This document shows, in pieces, positions 16,967-27,647 of a stretch of 64,000 nt of DNA. This DNA comes from an uncultured Lachnospiraceae bacterium. Lineage in GTDB: Bacteria; Bacillota; Clostridia; Lachnospirales; Lachnospiraceae. The number at the start of each line of letters is the position of its first letter. Position 1 is the first letter of the stretch. Both the position numbers and the translations under genes were made by a program. The stretch lies in assembly GCA_902770965.1 (NCBI GenBank), contig CACXUY010000014.1:1841-65840 (forward strand). The letters run 5' to 3'. The notes below the pieces were generated by a model. It had not been told where the DNA came from and searched no databases. It worked only from the letters and a program-made list of their open reading frames with translations.

Positions 16967-18304
16967 TCACATAAGCAGATTCGAAGCAATTGTGAAGAAG
17001 ATCAGCAGCGTCACTGCATCGACTATAGTGGTGAGCAGAGGGCTTGACATGACAGCCGGGTCAAGACCTATCTTCTTACCGAAGAGAGGCAGCATGCATC
17101 CGAAGGTCTTGGCGAAGATGACAGCGAAGAAGATCGAAAGACCCACGACCACGGCAGTCAGCATTCCGCGGTGGTCGAGGACGATCACCTTAAGAAAACA
17201 GACGGGCGCAAGCGTCAAGCCGATGCAGGTGGCGACCCGGATCTCCTTCCAGACAACCTTCAGCACGTCCGCGGGTTCAATCTCATCAAGGGACAGTGCG
17301 CGGATGACGGTTGTGACGGCCTGGCTTCCGGCATTTCCGCCCGTATCCATAAGCATAGGTATGTAGGCCGCCAGCATATATGCTGTCAAAGCCTCCTCGA
17401 AATTCGTTATGATAAGTCCTGTGAAGGTAGCCGAGATCATGAGGAAGAGCAGCCACACGATCCTTTTTTTATACAATTCCAGAGTGGAGCTTTTCATGTA
17501 AGGGTGCTCGGAGGGGACGATAGCCGCCATCTTCTCGATATCCTCCGTAGCTTCCTGCTCGATAACGTCCATGACGTCGTCGACCGTGATGATGCCGACC
17601 AGCCGCTCCTCGCTGTCAACGACAGGAAGGGCGATGAAGTCGTATTTCGTGAACATATCCGCCACCTCTTCCTGATCTTCCAGGGTTGTGGTGTAGATGA
17701 CGTTCGTCTCCATTATGTCTTCGATCTTGTCCTCATAGTTGGACAAGAGGAGCGTCTTGACGGATACCATGCCTATAAGCTTGCGGTCAGGCTGGATCAC
17801 ATAGCAGGTATAGATCGTCTCCTTGTCGATGCCGACGCGGCGTATCCTGGTAAATGCGTCCAGAACAGTCATGTCCTTGCGGAGGTCGACGTACTCTATG
17901 GTCATGATGCTGCCGGCCGAGTCCTTCGGGTAATGCAGCACGGTGTTGATGCTGCGGCGCAGCTCGGGGTCGGTGTGGCGGAGGATACGCCTCACCACAT
18001 TCGCCGGCATCTCCTCGATGATGTCAACCGTATCATCGAGGTAGAGCTGGTCCATGACCTCCTCCAGCTCCTTATCGCTGAAGGACTTGATCAGCGTCTC
18101 CTGCATGTCCGGTTCCATCTCGACGAAGACGTCAGCCGCGAGCTCCTTCGGCAGGATCCGGAACATGATGATCAGCTCGTCTTCCTCAAGCTCCGCGTTC
18201 GTCAAAAGCTCAGCGACGTCAGCGGGCTCCATCTCGCGAAGATAATCTCGGAGCTTTGCGTACTCCTTTTTGTGGTACATCTCATCGATTACTTCATTGA
18301 TCAT
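16967..18304 (-). CDS. mgtE: MgtE magnesium transporter
   Basis: MgtE N domain, CBS pair and C-terminal TM domain with DTGGNAGSQ. The start MINEV (ATG 18304) is preceded by AAGGAAGGGGGA. Confidence 0.9.
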   Translation of the reverse strand: MINEVIDEMYHKKEYAKLRDYLREMEPADVAELLTNAELEEDELIIMFRILPKELAADVFVEMEPDMQETLIKSFSDKELEEVMDQLYLDDTVDIIEEMPANVVRRILRHTDPELRRSINTVLHYPKDSAGSIMTIEYVDLRKDMTVLDAFTRIRRVGIDKETIYTCYVIQPDRKLIGMVSVKTLLLSNYEDKIEDIMETNVIYTTTLEDQEEVADMFTKYDFIALPVVDSEERLVGIITVDDVMDVIEQEATEDIEKMAAIVPSEHPYMKSSTLELYKKRIVWLLFLMISATFTGLIITNFEEALTAYMLAAYIPMLMDTGGNAGSQAVTTVIRALSLDEIEPADVLKVVWKEIRVATCIGLTLAPVCFLKVIVLDHRGMLTAVVVGLSIFFAVIFAKTFGCMLPLFGKKIGLDPAVMSSPLLTTIVDAVTLLIFFTIASNLLM

Positions 18305-18550
18305 GCAAAGCTCCCCCTTCCTTGTCTTTTTCAAAAAGTTGAATATCGTAATTCCGTAAGTGGACAAATCTTAAAACATTATACACTATAATCAGTGGAA
18401 AAGAAACCATGTACTTTATGGAGGACGAGAAAGTGAAAGGCGCTGAAGTGAAAGGCGAGAAAGCCCTAAAGGATCTTTGTTACAGCTTGCGGGCTATGGA
18501 CTAATACTGTTATAATAAAAACGTCTTAGAAGAATCATCCAGGAGGGTGA

Positions 18551-19103
18551 ATGATGCATATTAAGTTGGAAAATATCGGGATCATAAAAGAATCAACGAT
18601 TGCGTTAGATGGCTTAACAGTGATCACGGGAAAGAATAATTCAGGCAAGAGTACCGTTGGAAAAGCTTTGTATGCTTTGTTGGACGCTGTCTGCGATCTT
18701 CAGGATAAGGCTAAAAAAGACAGACTGTACTATATTCGTACGTATTTAAAGGACATTAGGAATGTTTTCTTTGATGTAACGATTAAGGATTATAAAGTCA
18801 CGAATGACGGCAATCCGTTTTTTTTACTCGCCGTTTAAAAGAGTTTATCTGGTGGATGATCCTTTTGTATTGGATGACATTTCCATGCCTGGGAAGTCTC
18901 GGATGATTTTTGGATTAGATATGGCTGAAACGGATACATTACTAAATCCCAATAGGGTAGTTTCGCACAATTTTCGACTTAGAAAATACCTGAAAAGTCG
19001 GCAAGGCCTAAGTGTTTTTGAACAAACTGTCCTGAATGATGCATTAAGAAATTTTGCAGTATCTTTCCGAATCAAAGATTCTTCGCAACAAGTTTTTACA
19101 TAA
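18551..19103 (+). pseudogene. decayed AAA/ABC-type ATPase gene (two frame-shifted fragments)
   Basis: Fragment 1 has Walker A (ITGKNNSGKSTVGKALYALL). Fragment 2 (from 18804) has VYLVDDPFVLDD, a Walker B-like motif. Together they total under 200 aa in different frames. The block looks AT-rich. Confidence 0.55.
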
Positions 19104-19119
19104 TTTTGAGGAATGATAT

Positions 19120-19386
19120 ATGCTTGAAAGAGATTTATTGAGTTATGCAGAGACAAACTGGAATGATTTTATAAAGCCGGTCTCTGATATTTCAAAAAAT
19201 GAGCACACTCATATTCCTTTGGTCATGGGGGCTGAGTTACTTTATAACTTTGATGCTGTAACTGATTCGCTTTTTTCTCCTGAAAAAAAACCTGCTTTAG
19301 CAAACGGGAAGGCATACTTCTACGATTCTGTAGAAGTCCTTTCTGCAGTAGATTTTCAGAACAGGCTGCAATTGCAGGCGTTGTAG
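19120..19386 (+). CDS. hypothetical protein (possibly a fragment of the partner gene of the decayed ATPase)
   Basis: 88-aa ORF with an ATG start in the same AT-rich block. I recognise no motif. Confidence 0.3.
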   Translation: MLERDLLSYAETNWNDFIKPVSDISKNEHTHIPLVMGAELLYNFDAVTDSLFSPEKKPALANGKAYFYDSVEVLSAVDFQNRLQLQAL

Positions 19387-19480
19387 ATGTGGCAGACTCG
19401 GATATTTATCAATGGGCCTCTTGGCGCATGATGTACGTATCATATGCGTTAAGAGGCCCATTTTATAGTTGATGCATGAT

Positions 19481-21466
19481 TCAGCGGCTTTCCAGCAGCT
19501 TCTTCATCTCGATCATGCGGTCCCGGAGCACGGCGGCTTCTTCAAAGTTGAGTTCTGCCGCCGCGGTGTTCATGCTCTGCTTGAGTTTGCTGATGAGCGC
19601 CTTGAGCTCCTTTTCGTCCATGGACTCAGGATCTTTTTCAAGCTTGGCCGCCTGAGGAGTCTGAACCTCGGCGAGGATGGAGATCTGGTCGCGCACAGCC
19701 TTGCGTATGGTAGTTGGCGTGATGCCGTGTTCATCGTTGTAGGCCTGCTGTATCTCACGGCGGCGGTTCGTCTCATCTATCGCGGCGCGCATCGAATCGG
19801 TGATGGTGTCGGCATACATGATGACGTGGCCGTCCGCGTTTCTGGCCGCGCGTCCTATGGTCTGGATCAGCGAGGTCTCCGAGCGAAGGAAGCCTTCCTT
19901 GTCCGCGTCAAGAATGGCGACGAGCGTGATCTCAGGGATGTCGAGGCCCTCTCTGAGGAGGTTGATGCCGACCAGGACATCGAAGACGCCCATACGCATG
20001 TCCCGTATGATCTCGGTGCGCTCAAGAGTCTTGACATCCGAGTGAAGATATCGGACCTTTATGCCGATCTCGCGCATGTACTCGGTGAGATCTTCGGCCA
20101 TTCGCTTGGTCAGCGTTGTGATCATGACCTTGTTGCCGGCATCCGTCTCCTTGTTGCACTCAGAGATCAGGTCGTCGATCTGTCCCTTGACCGGCCTGAC
20201 CTCAACCCTGGGATCAAGCAGGCCGGTGGGACGCAGTATTTGCTCCACTCTAAGGCTCTCATGGTCTTTCTCATAGATGCCGGGCGTGGCGGAGACGAAG
20301 AGCGTCTGATGGATCTTGTCCTCGAACTCCGCGAAATTCAGCGGCCGGTTGTCCAGGGCGGACGGCAGCCTGAAGCCGTAATCCACGAGTATCTGCTTGC
20401 GGTTGTGGTCTCCGTTCCACATGCCCCTGACCTGAGGGACTGTCATGTGGGATTCATCTATCATGAGGATGAAATCCTTCGGAAAATAGTCGAGCAGGGT
20501 GTGGGGAGTGGAGTGGGGCGGACGCCCCTCCAGCACCCGGCTGTAGTTTTCGATGCCGGAGCAGAAACCGGTCTCACGCAGCATCTCTATGTCGAAATTC
20601 GTCCGCTCCTCTATGCGCTGCGCCTCGAGCAGCTTGTCCTCTGAACGGAAGAAATCTATCCGTTCCTTCAGTTCTGCCTCTATCTCGCCGATGGCGCGGT
20701 CCATCTTGTCCTTGGATACGACGTAATGGGATGCCGGAAATATGACCACATGCTTCAGGCTCGCCTTTATCTCTCCGGTCAGGAGGTCCACCTCAGTTAT
20801 GCGGTCAACCTCATCGCCGAAAAACTCGATGCGGATCACCGTGTCTCCGGTTCCGGCGGCTATGACCTCGACGACATCGCCTCGCACTCTGAAGGTTCCT
20901 CGCTTGAAATCCATCTCATTGCGGATGTACTGGAGGGCTATCAGCCTCTTGATCACCTCGTCGCGGTCTTTTACCATGCCGGGCCTGAGGGTGACGGTCA
21001 TGTTCTTGTAATCGATGGGGCTTCCGAGGGAGAAAATGCAGCTGACAGAGCTTACGATGATCACGTCGTCGCGCTCAGAAAGGGCTGCCGTCGCCGAGTG
21101 GCGAAGCCTGTCTATCTCGTCGTTGATCGCTGAATCCTTGGCGATATAGGTGTCGCTTGAAGGCACGTATGCCTCGGGCTGGTAATAGTCGTAGTAGCTG
21201 ACGAAATATTCCACCGCGTTTTCGGGGAAAAACTCCTTGAATTCGCCGTAAAGCTGGGCCGCCAGGGTCTTGTTGTGCGAGAGGACCAGAGTCGGGCGGC
21301 CGATATTCTTGATGACATTCGCCATGGTGAAGGTCTTGCCAGACCCGGTGACGCCCTGCAGGGTCTGGAATTTTGCGCCGGAGCGGAAGCTCTCGGTCAA
21401 CGCTTCGATTGCCTGCGGCTGGTCGCCGGTGGGCGCGAAATCAGAGACCAACTTAAATTCTGCCAT
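19481..21466 (-). CDS. uvrB: excinuclease ABC subunit B
   Basis: [12 protein letters not shown], helicase motifs, and a C-terminal UVR domain ([14 protein letters not shown]). Confidence 0.95.
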   Translation of the reverse strand: MAEFKLVSDFAPTGDQPQAIEALTESFRSGAKFQTLQGVTGSGKTFTMANVIKNIGRPTLVLSHNKTLAAQLYGEFKEFFPENAVEYFVSYYDYYQPEAYVPSSDTYIAKDSAINDEIDRLRHSATAALSERDDVIIVSSVSCIFSLGSPIDYKNMTVTLRPGMVKDRDEVIKRLIALQYIRNEMDFKRGTFRVRGDVVEVIAAGTGDTVIRIEFFGDEVDRITEVDLLTGEIKASLKHVVIFPASHYVVSKDKMDRAIGEIEAELKERIDFFRSEDKLLEAQRIEERTNFDIEMLRETGFCSGIENYSRVLEGRPPHSTPHTLLDYFPKDFILMIDESHMTVPQVRGMWNGDHNRKQILVDYGFRLPSALDNRPLNFAEFEDKIHQTLFVSATPGIYEKDHESLRVEQILRPTGLLDPRVEVRPVKGQIDDLISECNKETDAGNKVMITTLTKRMAEDLTEYMREIGIKVRYLHSDVKTLERTEIIRDMRMGVFDVLVGINLLREGLDIPEITLVAILDADKEGFLRSETSLIQTIGRAARNADGHVIMYADTITDSMRAAIDETNRRREIQQAYNDEHGITPTTIRKAVRDQISILAEVQTPQAAKLEKDPESMDEKELKALISKLKQSMNTAAAELNFEEAAVLRDRMIEMKKLLESR

Positions 21467-21661
21467 ATGATGCCATGCCTTTCTTCTATTAAATACATGT
21501 ACAAATGGTTTTCCGGATCATTTAAAAAATCTTTTATACCCCATATGTTAACATATACGATGCTATAATTCAATTTGGGTATTTGCCCGGCATCTCAGGA
21601 TGAGGATTGCCGGCAACCCGGATCCGGGGCATCCGCGCAATTACTTTAGAAGTCGGCCCCC

Positions 21662-21719
21662 TGCGAAGCACGAAGCCACGCGGGGACTTATAAAGTATGG
21701 TTGTGCCAAACTTGGCATG
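21662..21719 (-). repeat. dispersed repeat family 2, copy 1 (inverted relative to copy 2)
   Basis: The reverse complement reads CATGCCAAGTTTGGCACAACCATACTTTATAAGTCCCCGCGTGGCTTCGTGCTTCGCA. This matches 54940-54997, with 35 identical leading nt. Confidence 0.8.
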
Positions 21720-21906
21720 CAGGTTACTCTGTCTGGTGATCAACATATGGGATGTACTGTACGGACAATAATATGTAAAAAATATTACAATGATAATCCG
21801 ATATTTGACACCGAAAAACGGTTGTGCTATTGTTATCTTGTCCATCAAACAACGTAGAAAACTGCATATTCTGTTATCATAATACTGAAAAAGGAGACTT
21901 GTGGAG

Positions 21907-23397
21907 ATGAAACTGCTGAATTACAAGGTTCTTGAGGAGAGCGGCTATGATGGTTACGTACTGAAGGACGCCCCGGTCAAGGTTCTTCAGTTCGGCGAAG
22001 GCAATTTTATGAGGGCATTTGTCGATTACTGGTTTGATGTTGCCAACGAGAAGACCGGGTGGAACGGTAAGGTCATGATGATCCAGCCCATAGCACAGGG
22101 CATGACCGAGTTGTTCAACAAGCAGGAGGGTCTCTACACCTTATATCTTAGAGGCAGCGTGAATGGAAAAGCTGTGGATGACAAGCGCGTGATAACAGCT
22201 GTTGCCGGCTGCCTGAACCCCTACAGTGACTACGACAAGATGCTCGAGGAAGCGCGTTCCGAGGAGCTTGAGTTCGTCACCTCTAACACCACTGAGGCCG
22301 GTATCGTCTTTGATCCTGAGTGCAGGTTCGAGGACACGCCCCCCTCATCCTTCCCCGCGAAGCTGACACAGCTGCTTTATGCCAGGTACAAGGCCGGCAG
22401 GAAAGGAGTGGCGATCCTTAGCTGTGAGCTGATTGACAATAACGGCAAGGAGCTTCAGAAATGTGTTGATCAGTACATAGAACTCTGGGGACTGGAAGAC
22501 GGCTTCCGCAGATGGGTCGATGAGGACAACCTTTTCTGCTCTACATTGGTTGACCGCATAGTCCCCGGGCGCATCCGCGACCCCGAAGAAGTCAGGAAGC
22601 TCACTGAGGAGAACGGATACGAGGATCCGCTTATTGATGTGGGCGAGGTGTTCGGCGTTTGGTATATCGAGGGTCCGAAGGAGCTTGAGGAAAGGCTTCC
22701 TTTCAAGGCGGCGAGCGTAAACGTCCATGTCGTACCCGAGGTGGCGCCTTACAAGAAGAGGAAAGTGCGTATACTGAACGGCGCGCATACCGGATTCGTG
22801 CTCGGCGCTTATCTCGCGGGTCAGGATATCGTGCGTGACTGTATGCATAACGACACGATACGCGGTTTCATGAACAAGATGCTTTACGACGAAGTCATAC
22901 CGATCCTTCCTTTGGATGAGGACGACTGCAAGGAGTTCGCGGCGGCTGTCACGGACCGCTTCAACAATCCTTTCGTTGACCATCAGCTCATGAGTATTTC
23001 GCTGAACTCCACATCGAAGTGGAAGGCCCGCAATATGCCCTCCTTCCTGGAGTACATCGAGAAATTCGGCAAGCTGCCCGCGGCTCTCACCATGAGCCTT
23101 GCCGCGTATATCGCTTTTTATTCGTCTGATATTCAGGAAAGGGCTGAGGACGGACTTCTTTGTAAGAGGCCTGCCGGGGATATCTACAAGGTACAGGATG
23201 ATGCCTGGGTGCTCGATTTCTACTATGACCGCAAAGACTCTGACGCGGCTGCCCTGGTGCATGACGTGCTTTCCAATACCAGGATGTGGGATCGTGACTT
23301 GACGCAGATCGCGGGACTCGAGGAGCTTGTCATCAAGGATCTTGAGATGATAAGGAGCGAAGGAGCGGAGGCTGCGTACAAGAGCTGTCTTGGTTGA
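21907..23397 (+). CDS. uxaB: tagaturonate reductase (altronate oxidoreductase), mannitol dehydrogenase family
   Basis: VLQFGEGNFMRAFVDYW at the N-terminus and ~497 aa, typical of UxaB. ATG 21907 is preferred over GTG 21901. Confidence 0.8.
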   Translation: MKLLNYKVLEESGYDGYVLKDAPVKVLQFGEGNFMRAFVDYWFDVANEKTGWNGKVMMIQPIAQGMTELFNKQEGLYTLYLRGSVNGKAVDDKRVITAVAGCLNPYSDYDKMLEEARSEELEFVTSNTTEAGIVFDPECRFEDTPPSSFPAKLTQLLYARYKAGRKGVAILSCELIDNNGKELQKCVDQYIELWGLEDGFRRWVDEDNLFCSTLVDRIVPGRIRDPEEVRKLTEENGYEDPLIDVGEVFGVWYIEGPKELEERLPFKAASVNVHVVPEVAPYKKRKVRILNGAHTGFVLGAYLAGQDIVRDCMHNDTIRGFMNKMLYDEVIPILPLDEDDCKEFAAAVTDRFNNPFVDHQLMSISLNSTSKWKARNMPSFLEYIEKFGKLPAALTMSLAAYIAFYSSDIQERAEDGLLCKRPAGDIYKVQDDAWVLDFYYDRKDSDAAALVHDVLSNTRMWDRDLTQIAGLEELVIKDLEMIRSEGAEAAYKSCLG

Positions 23398-23745
23398 GCT
23401 GATTGAAAATGCAAAAACAGGGACTGTGCCCTCGTAAAAACAGGGCGCAGTTCTTTTATTGATGCGCCCGGCCGCGAGGCGAGAACGCGAAGCACGGTGA
23501 CAATCCGAGGTTTATACGCTTGGTGGTACGAGCCCGGCATACAGGTATAGTATGCATATTTGTATATGTATATTTTATCGAAGATGGCAGAGGCTCATTT
23601 TCATTTTTGAGTTGCGAGTAAGGTAAAGTGGTGGTATTATGAGTTTTGTATTACGAGTATCCTGCTGATTACGGTATCCGATCATTTTCCGGTCGGAGCC
23701 TCTGTTCCAATCATTGATCAATCATTAATACTTCAGGAGAAAAAA

Positions 23746-24693
23746 ATGCTGGATTCTACAACTATAACCGATAACACAGAATTCAAGATGCCGATATATG
23801 ACATTCCCGAATCCTATGTCATTTGCGGATGCTCGACCGCCGATATGGAAGAGAGCTTTTTCATAAAACGCAGAATTCCTTGCGCGTTCTTCCATTTTAC
23901 TCTAGATGGGAAGAATTATGATGACAACTTCGGAAGGTCGATACCTTTCGACAGATTTTACGAGATGGTCGCTGAGGGCGCACAGCCTGTCTCATCGCAG
24001 GTGAACGTCGCCCAATACTCTGATCTTTGGACTCCGTATCTGGAGATGGGAAAAGACGTGCTTCACGCGACCCTGTCGTCCGGTATTTCCGGAACCTATA
24101 ATTCTGCCTGCATTGCGCGTGACGAGCTTTCGGAGAAATATCCTGACCGGAGGATCCTGGTTGTGGATTCTTTATCCGCTTCTTCCGGTTTCGGGATGGT
24201 GCTTGATTACATGGCTGACATGCGCGATGAGGGCAGGAGCATCGATGATGTCTACCAGTGGGTGCTTGACAACAGAAACCGCGTGCACCATTGGTTCTTT
24301 TCTACCGATCTGACGAGCTTCTGGAGGGGAGGACGCATCTCAAGAGCCAGCGCGTTTTTCGGCAACACCTTCAACATCTGCCCGCTGATGAACGTGAACG
24401 ATGAGGGTAAGCTTATCCCCCGCCGCAACGTCCGCACGAAGAAGAGGGTGATGGATGAACAGGTGAGGGAGATGATGGAGCATGTGGAGGACGGCAAGGC
24501 CTATAAGGGAAAATGCTTCATAAGCAATTCTGCCTGCCGCAAGGACGCGGAGGCTGTCGCGGCGAAGATAGTAGCACAGCTTCCTCAGCTCAAGGACAAG
24601 ATCGTTATCAATTCCATAGGAACGACCATCGGCACGCACACGGGACCCGGTACAGTGGCGCTCTTCTTCATGGGCGATGAGCGCGTCAGGTGA
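23746..24693 (+). CDS. DegV-family fatty-acid-binding protein
   Basis: The length and profile fit DegV (SSQVNVAQY, LSSGISGTYNSA, IGTHTGPG). Confidence 0.8.
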   Translation: MLDSTTITDNTEFKMPIYDIPESYVICGCSTADMEESFFIKRRIPCAFFHFTLDGKNYDDNFGRSIPFDRFYEMVAEGAQPVSSQVNVAQYSDLWTPYLEMGKDVLHATLSSGISGTYNSACIARDELSEKYPDRRILVVDSLSASSGFGMVLDYMADMRDEGRSIDDVYQWVLDNRNRVHHWFFSTDLTSFWRGGRISRASAFFGNTFNICPLMNVNDEGKLIPRRNVRTKKRVMDEQVREMMEHVEDGKAYKGKCFISNSACRKDAEAVAAKIVAQLPQLKDKIVINSIGTTIGTHTGPGTVALFFMGDERVR

Positions 24694-25089
24694 CCGGCGC
24701 AGGATAACGGCAAAAACACGTCTGAAGTGCAGTCGCTTCGTCCTGCATTCTAACGGTTATCTTGAGGTGCTGAATAATTACATATTTATCAAGGGGCATG
24801 GATCGCGGGTCGGGATGCTTGCCCCTCTTTTGATGCACAGCTATGTGCAGTGAATCAATTATACTTCCGTTGAGTGGCTGTCTGCCATAAGCCGGCTTTT
24901 GATGCTCAGGCACATGCAGGGAATGCTCCAGGACTTGTCTGGCAGGAGCCGCGCGGTGAGCAGGGCTCGATTATATCTCCCATATCCGGTTGTAACTGAG
25001 ATGAGCGCTGAGGCAGAGGCGGCTGGGGCGGCTAAGGCTGGACTCGCTGAGACAGAGTATTAATAGCGGTGAGGAGGGAAGACAGCTTT

Positions 25090-25998
25090 ATGCAGAAAAT
25101 GATAATTCTTCAGGTGACATTATTTGTCCTGATAGCCGTTGGCTTCTTCCTCAAAAAGAAAGGCATATTCGGTACGACAGGGCAGAAGAATCTCACTGAC
25201 CTGGTGATATACGTTGTCCTTCCGTGCAATATCGTGAACGCCTTTATGGTGGATTTCAGCATGGAACGGCTGTATGCCTGCGCCGGGATCCTGCTGATCT
25301 CGCTGGGCATCCAGATCTTTGCCGTCATCTACGGCAAGCACGTAGCCGCGAGAGGTGAGGCTGAGGACAGGGCGAAATGTATCCGCTATGCCATCATTTG
25401 TTCCAATGCGGGCTTCTTGGGAAATCCCATCGCGGAGGGGCTTTACGGAGCGGAGGGACTGCTGCTCGCGTCCTTCTACTTGCTTCCTCAGAGGATAATG
25501 ATGTGGTCGGAGGGTATAGCCGTCTTTTCAGGAGAATCGGACGTGAAAGCGACTGCGAAAAAGGTCGTCTCCCATCCGTGCGTCATTGCGTGTTTTCTGG
25601 GACTTGCCCTCATGATCTCGCAGGTGAAGCTGCCGGATATGGTCGTTAACCCCGTACAGGCGCTTGGAAGGTGCAACACCGCGCTGTCCATGCTGGTCAT
25701 TGGCATGATCCTGGCGGACATAAATGTGAGGCAGTTCCTTGACGTCAGCCTTTTGCGTTTTGCCGCCCACCGCCTGCTTATTATCCCGGGACTTGTCCTG
25801 CTGGTTTGCCATTTCCTTCCGGTGAGCGATACCGTGCGCAGCCTGTCGGTGCTGCTTGCCGCTATGCCGGCCGGAGCTACCACCAGCATCCTCGCCTCAA
25901 ACTATGGGCAGGACCCGAAGTTCGCCACGGAGCTTGTCATCTCATCGACGCTGCTCTCGCTGCCATCGGTCGCACTATGGAGCTTGCTGGTGCTGTGA
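25090..25998 (+). CDS. AEC-family (auxin efflux carrier-type) permease
   Basis: About 10 TM helices. The profile is typical of this family (NAGFLGNPI, LAAMPAGATTSILA). ATG 25090 follows GAGGAGGG. Confidence 0.75.
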   Translation: MQKMIILQVTLFVLIAVGFFLKKKGIFGTTGQKNLTDLVIYVVLPCNIVNAFMVDFSMERLYACAGILLISLGIQIFAVIYGKHVAARGEAEDRAKCIRYAIICSNAGFLGNPIAEGLYGAEGLLLASFYLLPQRIMMWSEGIAVFSGESDVKATAKKVVSHPCVIACFLGLALMISQVKLPDMVVNPVQALGRCNTALSMLVIGMILADINVRQFLDVSLLRFAAHRLLIIPGLVLLVCHFLPVSDTVRSLSVLLAAMPAGATTSILASNYGQDPKFATELVISSTLLSLPSVALWSLLVL

Positions 25999-26092
25999 GG
26001 GCGCGGCAGATCATCTTGCGGTTGCATTTCGAGACAAAAAAGGTTAACCTAATAGAGACGACCTAAAGGAAATACAAAAAGGAGAAACAGAT

Positions 26093-26344
26093 ATGCTTGA
26101 ATTCAGGTATGATACGCAGCTTTTGATCGATGGCACTGATCTTGACGAGGACGCCATCAATGATTACATCACGGAGAATTTTAAGGGCGACAGCCTGCTT
26201 GCGGTTGGAGATGAGGACATGATCAAGATTCATTTCCATACTAATGAGCCTTGGAAGCTGCTTGAGTACGCCGCTTCGCTCGGCGAGATCTACGATATAG
26301 TTGTGGAGGACATGGATCGCCAGACCAGAGGCCTCAAGGGCTGA
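26093..26344 (+). CDS. small protein resembling the C-terminal domain of DAK2-fusion (YloV/FakA-type) proteins
   Basis: GDSLLAVGDEDMIKIHFHTNEP...IVVEDMDRQ matches the GDSLLVVGD..KVHVHTN.P...NM..Q pattern. Confidence 0.55.
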   Translation: MLEFRYDTQLLIDGTDLDEDAINDYITENFKGDSLLAVGDEDMIKIHFHTNEPWKLLEYAASLGEIYDIVVEDMDRQTRGLKG

Positions 26345-26364
26345 GTCGCGGGAGCTTCATATTT

Positions 26365-27504
26365 ATGAGTAAGAGTAATAAGAGCGGCGGCAGGGGCAAT
26401 ATCGTCAGGGGCGGCCGTTCGAACGTGGGTTTTAAGAAGAGCACCGTATATACCGGGCCCGGCAGCTACAAGGCGAAGAAGGACAAAGGGGTTTTCGGTT
26501 CGTTTGTCTCGATTTTTACTGATGGCTGGAAGGCTCTTGATAAGAAGGAGTTGGCATCCGCAGCACCCGTCGTGGTAGTCTTCGCCGCGATCGGGCTCGC
26601 TGCTGTGAAACTGATCCCACTGGTTCCGGTGGGAAATGAGGCGGTGTCACGTATGCTCACTGAGCTGCTGCATCTGGCTGCCATTTGGATATGCAGCGCC
26701 GTGTATTCTTTCGTGAAGAAGGCAGTGCCTGAGATCGCGGACACCCGGAAACAGGCGAAAGGCATGGGACTTGGCTTGCTGTACGGCCTTATCTGGCTGG
26801 GCGGCGTGACCTCCATTTTGCTCATGTACAAGGTACTGAGCTTCGGGAAGGGAGCTGGGTCCTTGGACGGGCTGGTCTTGTGGGTCATAGCCCTTTTCGC
26901 CCGCGCCTTGATGACTGAGCTTTTTGCCCATGGGATAGTTTACAGTGACCTGCGGAGGAGATTCAACTTCGCGGTCGCCGCCGTATATGCCGCGGTAGTG
27001 TTCCTTGCTTTGAATTGGGAGACGGCCGTAGTCAATCCTTATTCATTTCTGACCATTCTTTTCGCGAGCGTTTTCTTCAGCGCCGCCATAGAGAATTCAG
27101 GTACTTTCATCACGTCCATCACGGCATATTACATATGGATATGCGTTGGAGGGCTGATACTTGGCCTGGTCTGCCTGCCGGCGGACTATCCTGCCATGCT
27201 CGTGCCTTCATTTACCGGGAGCGTCCTGCTGACGGGAGGCGCTGCACGCATCGAAGGAAGCCTCATAACCCTCGTGATAAATATCATGTTCATCTTCTCG
27301 TTCTACAGCATGTGGGTGAAGAAGTATCAGGAGGAGCATGAGGAGGCAGAGGTAAAGGCAAGGCGGAATCGTCCCGTAGATGAAGTCGATCCTGATAAGG
27401 TGCGCATCGGCGGCAGAGTATTTCCGAATGTTGAGACGCACATCGGGCAGAAGACACGCTACGCCGACAAATCATTTATGGATAAGCTCAAGGACCTGTT
27501 CTGA
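26365..27504 (+). CDS. polytopic membrane protein, CPBP-like with degenerate motifs
   Basis: A basic Gly-rich N-terminus and about 8 TM helices. TELFAHGIVY sits where CPBP proteases have EExxxRG. Function is unknown. Confidence 0.45.
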   Translation: MSKSNKSGGRGNIVRGGRSNVGFKKSTVYTGPGSYKAKKDKGVFGSFVSIFTDGWKALDKKELASAAPVVVVFAAIGLAAVKLIPLVPVGNEAVSRMLTELLHLAAIWICSAVYSFVKKAVPEIADTRKQAKGMGLGLLYGLIWLGGVTSILLMYKVLSFGKGAGSLDGLVLWVIALFARALMTELFAHGIVYSDLRRRFNFAVAAVYAAVVFLALNWETAVVNPYSFLTILFASVFFSAAIENSGTFITSITAYYIWICVGGLILGLVCLPADYPAMLVPSFTGSVLLTGGAARIEGSLITLVINIMFIFSFYSMWVKKYQEEHEEAEVKARRNRPVDEVDPDKVRIGGRVFPNVETHIGQKTRYADKSFMDKLKDLF

Positions 27505-27647
27505 CAGGTCCTGCTTTTCTATATGGTTTCTGTTCAGCTTCTGTTCAGCGTCCCGGTTAGGAAGGCCTTCAAGGCTGTTCATAGGCTGCCGTAAGGCGGT
27601 GGGCAAGAGCTCAGACAAATGGGGCATCGGAGAAAGAGGTGTGTATT

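Noticed and set aside
17171-18391. 406-aa ORF on the plus strand overlapping mgtE
   Set aside because: It is antisense to a clear MgtE gene. The translation is D/R/H/L-rich and motif-less, so it is a shadow ORF.
18305-18540. M-box (Mg2+) riboswitch upstream of mgtE on the minus strand
   Set aside because: I read the reverse complement. I saw only a -10-like TATAAT and a short leader, and no M-box-like conserved core. The leader is too short for the ~160-nt aptamer.
19469-20644. 391-aa plus-strand ORF overlapping uvrB, plus 20726-21133
   Set aside because: It is antisense to UvrB and has no motifs, so it is a shadow ORF.
22345-23262. 305-aa minus-strand ORF inside uxaB
   Set aside because: It is antisense to a well-supported mannitol-dehydrogenase-family gene, so it is a shadow ORF.
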